A stretch of 64,000 bases of DNA from positions 1,044,633 to 1,108,632 of the forward strand of contig CAWAHY010000004.1 in assembly GCA_963782015.1 (NCBI GenBank), written 5' to 3'. Shown piece by piece: positions 63,692 to 64,000 of the stretch. The notes under the pieces are model-generated. The model had not been told where the DNA came from. It ran no database searches and saw only the letters and a program-made list of their open reading frames with translations. Numbering within the stretch: the first letter of the stretch is position 1; each line of letters begins with the position of its first letter. Source of the stretch: an uncultured Chloroflexia bacterium (GTDB taxonomy: Bacteria; Chloroflexota; Limnocylindria; QHBO01). A program made the translations under genes and the position numbers.

Positions 63692-64000
63692 TCAGTCCTC
63701 GACGGCGATCCGGATCCGCTTGTTGATCCGGCCCTTGGATTCGTAGCCGGTCACCCGCACCCGCCCGATCTCGGCGGTGTGGGCCACGTGCGTGCCGCCA
63801 TCGGCCTGGAGGTCGAGGCCCACGATCTCGATGGTCCGCACCTCGCTGATCCCCTCCGGCAGCAGGTTGATCTTGGTGCGGATCAGGTCGGGGATGGCGA
63901 ACGCCTCGTCGCGCGGGTGGACGGCGACGCGGATCTCGCGGTCCGCGGCGATCTCCACGTTCACGCGCCGCTCGATCTCGGCCACCAGCTCGCCGGCCAT
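63692..64000 (-). CDS. alanyl-tRNA editing (AlaX-like) / tRNA-synthetase second additional domain protein, C-terminal part only
   Basis: The 5' end lies beyond the window. LQADGGTHVAHTAEIGRVRVTGYESKGRINKRIRI matches the tRNA_SAD GGTHV motif region. Confidence 0.65.
   Translation of the reverse strand: MAGELVAEIERRVNVEIAADREIRVAVHPRDEAFAIPDLIRTKINLLPEGISEVRTIEIVGLDLQADGGTHVAHTAEIGRVRVTGYESKGRINKRIRIAVED

Overview
Very GC-rich (by eye roughly 70%) gene-dense chromosomal segment. I found no rRNA, tRNA, CRISPR array, transposase or integrase. The six-frame track is dominated by long antisense shadow ORFs. Real genes were chosen by family motifs, GC3 bias and start/stop coupling, giving about 64 protein-coding loci. 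Content in order:
- a zinc-ribbon/adenylate-cyclase/STAND ATPase (partial), moaA, a HAD hydrolase and a FAD-linked oxidase
- hutI coupled to a flavoprotein disulfide reductase, then a second cyclase-STAND-TPR gene
- two ABC-2 exporter pairs, then pntAA-pntAB-pntB
- a HAD hydrolase and a cation/proton antiporter
- a class III aminotransferase with a NitT/TauT-type ABC importer operon
- a PLP decarboxylase with a P-loop NTPase
- a reductive pyrimidine-catabolism-like cluster (beta-ureidopropionase, LLM oxidoreductase, peroxiredoxin-like protein, aminotransferase, dihydropyrimidinase) interrupted by a vapBC module
- an F420 island (PPOX-class enzyme, LLM oxidoreductase, cofD-cofC-cofE)
- hom-asd, two DUF885 paralogues with RidA, and typA
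- an M6 metalloprotease followed by a 9-kb block holding three ECF sigma / membrane-partner modules, a fourth orphan copy of the partner's outer domain, and lipoprotein hydrolases

Hunt results:
1. The triplicated ECF sigma / non-canonical partner array, its uncharacterised Cys-pair outer domain, and a conserved upstream box-plus-hairpin architecture.
2. A 17-bp palindrome family (TACnAC-N5-GTnGTA) present as pairs in three intergenic regions. It links the pyrimidine-cluster LLM gene, cofDCE and a HAD gene.
3. A second palindrome family (GCGTACGC-N3-GCGTGCAC) in two other intergenic regions.
4. A pyrimidine cluster that lacks a dihydropyrimidine dehydrogenase but carries an LLM-class oxidoreductase.
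5. Roughly thirty reading-frame breaks in 17-19 otherwise recognisable genes, including asd and cofE. Several sit in G/C homopolymers, so assembly indel error must be excluded before calling any of them a pseudogene.

All product calls rest on motif recognition by eye. No database search was run.
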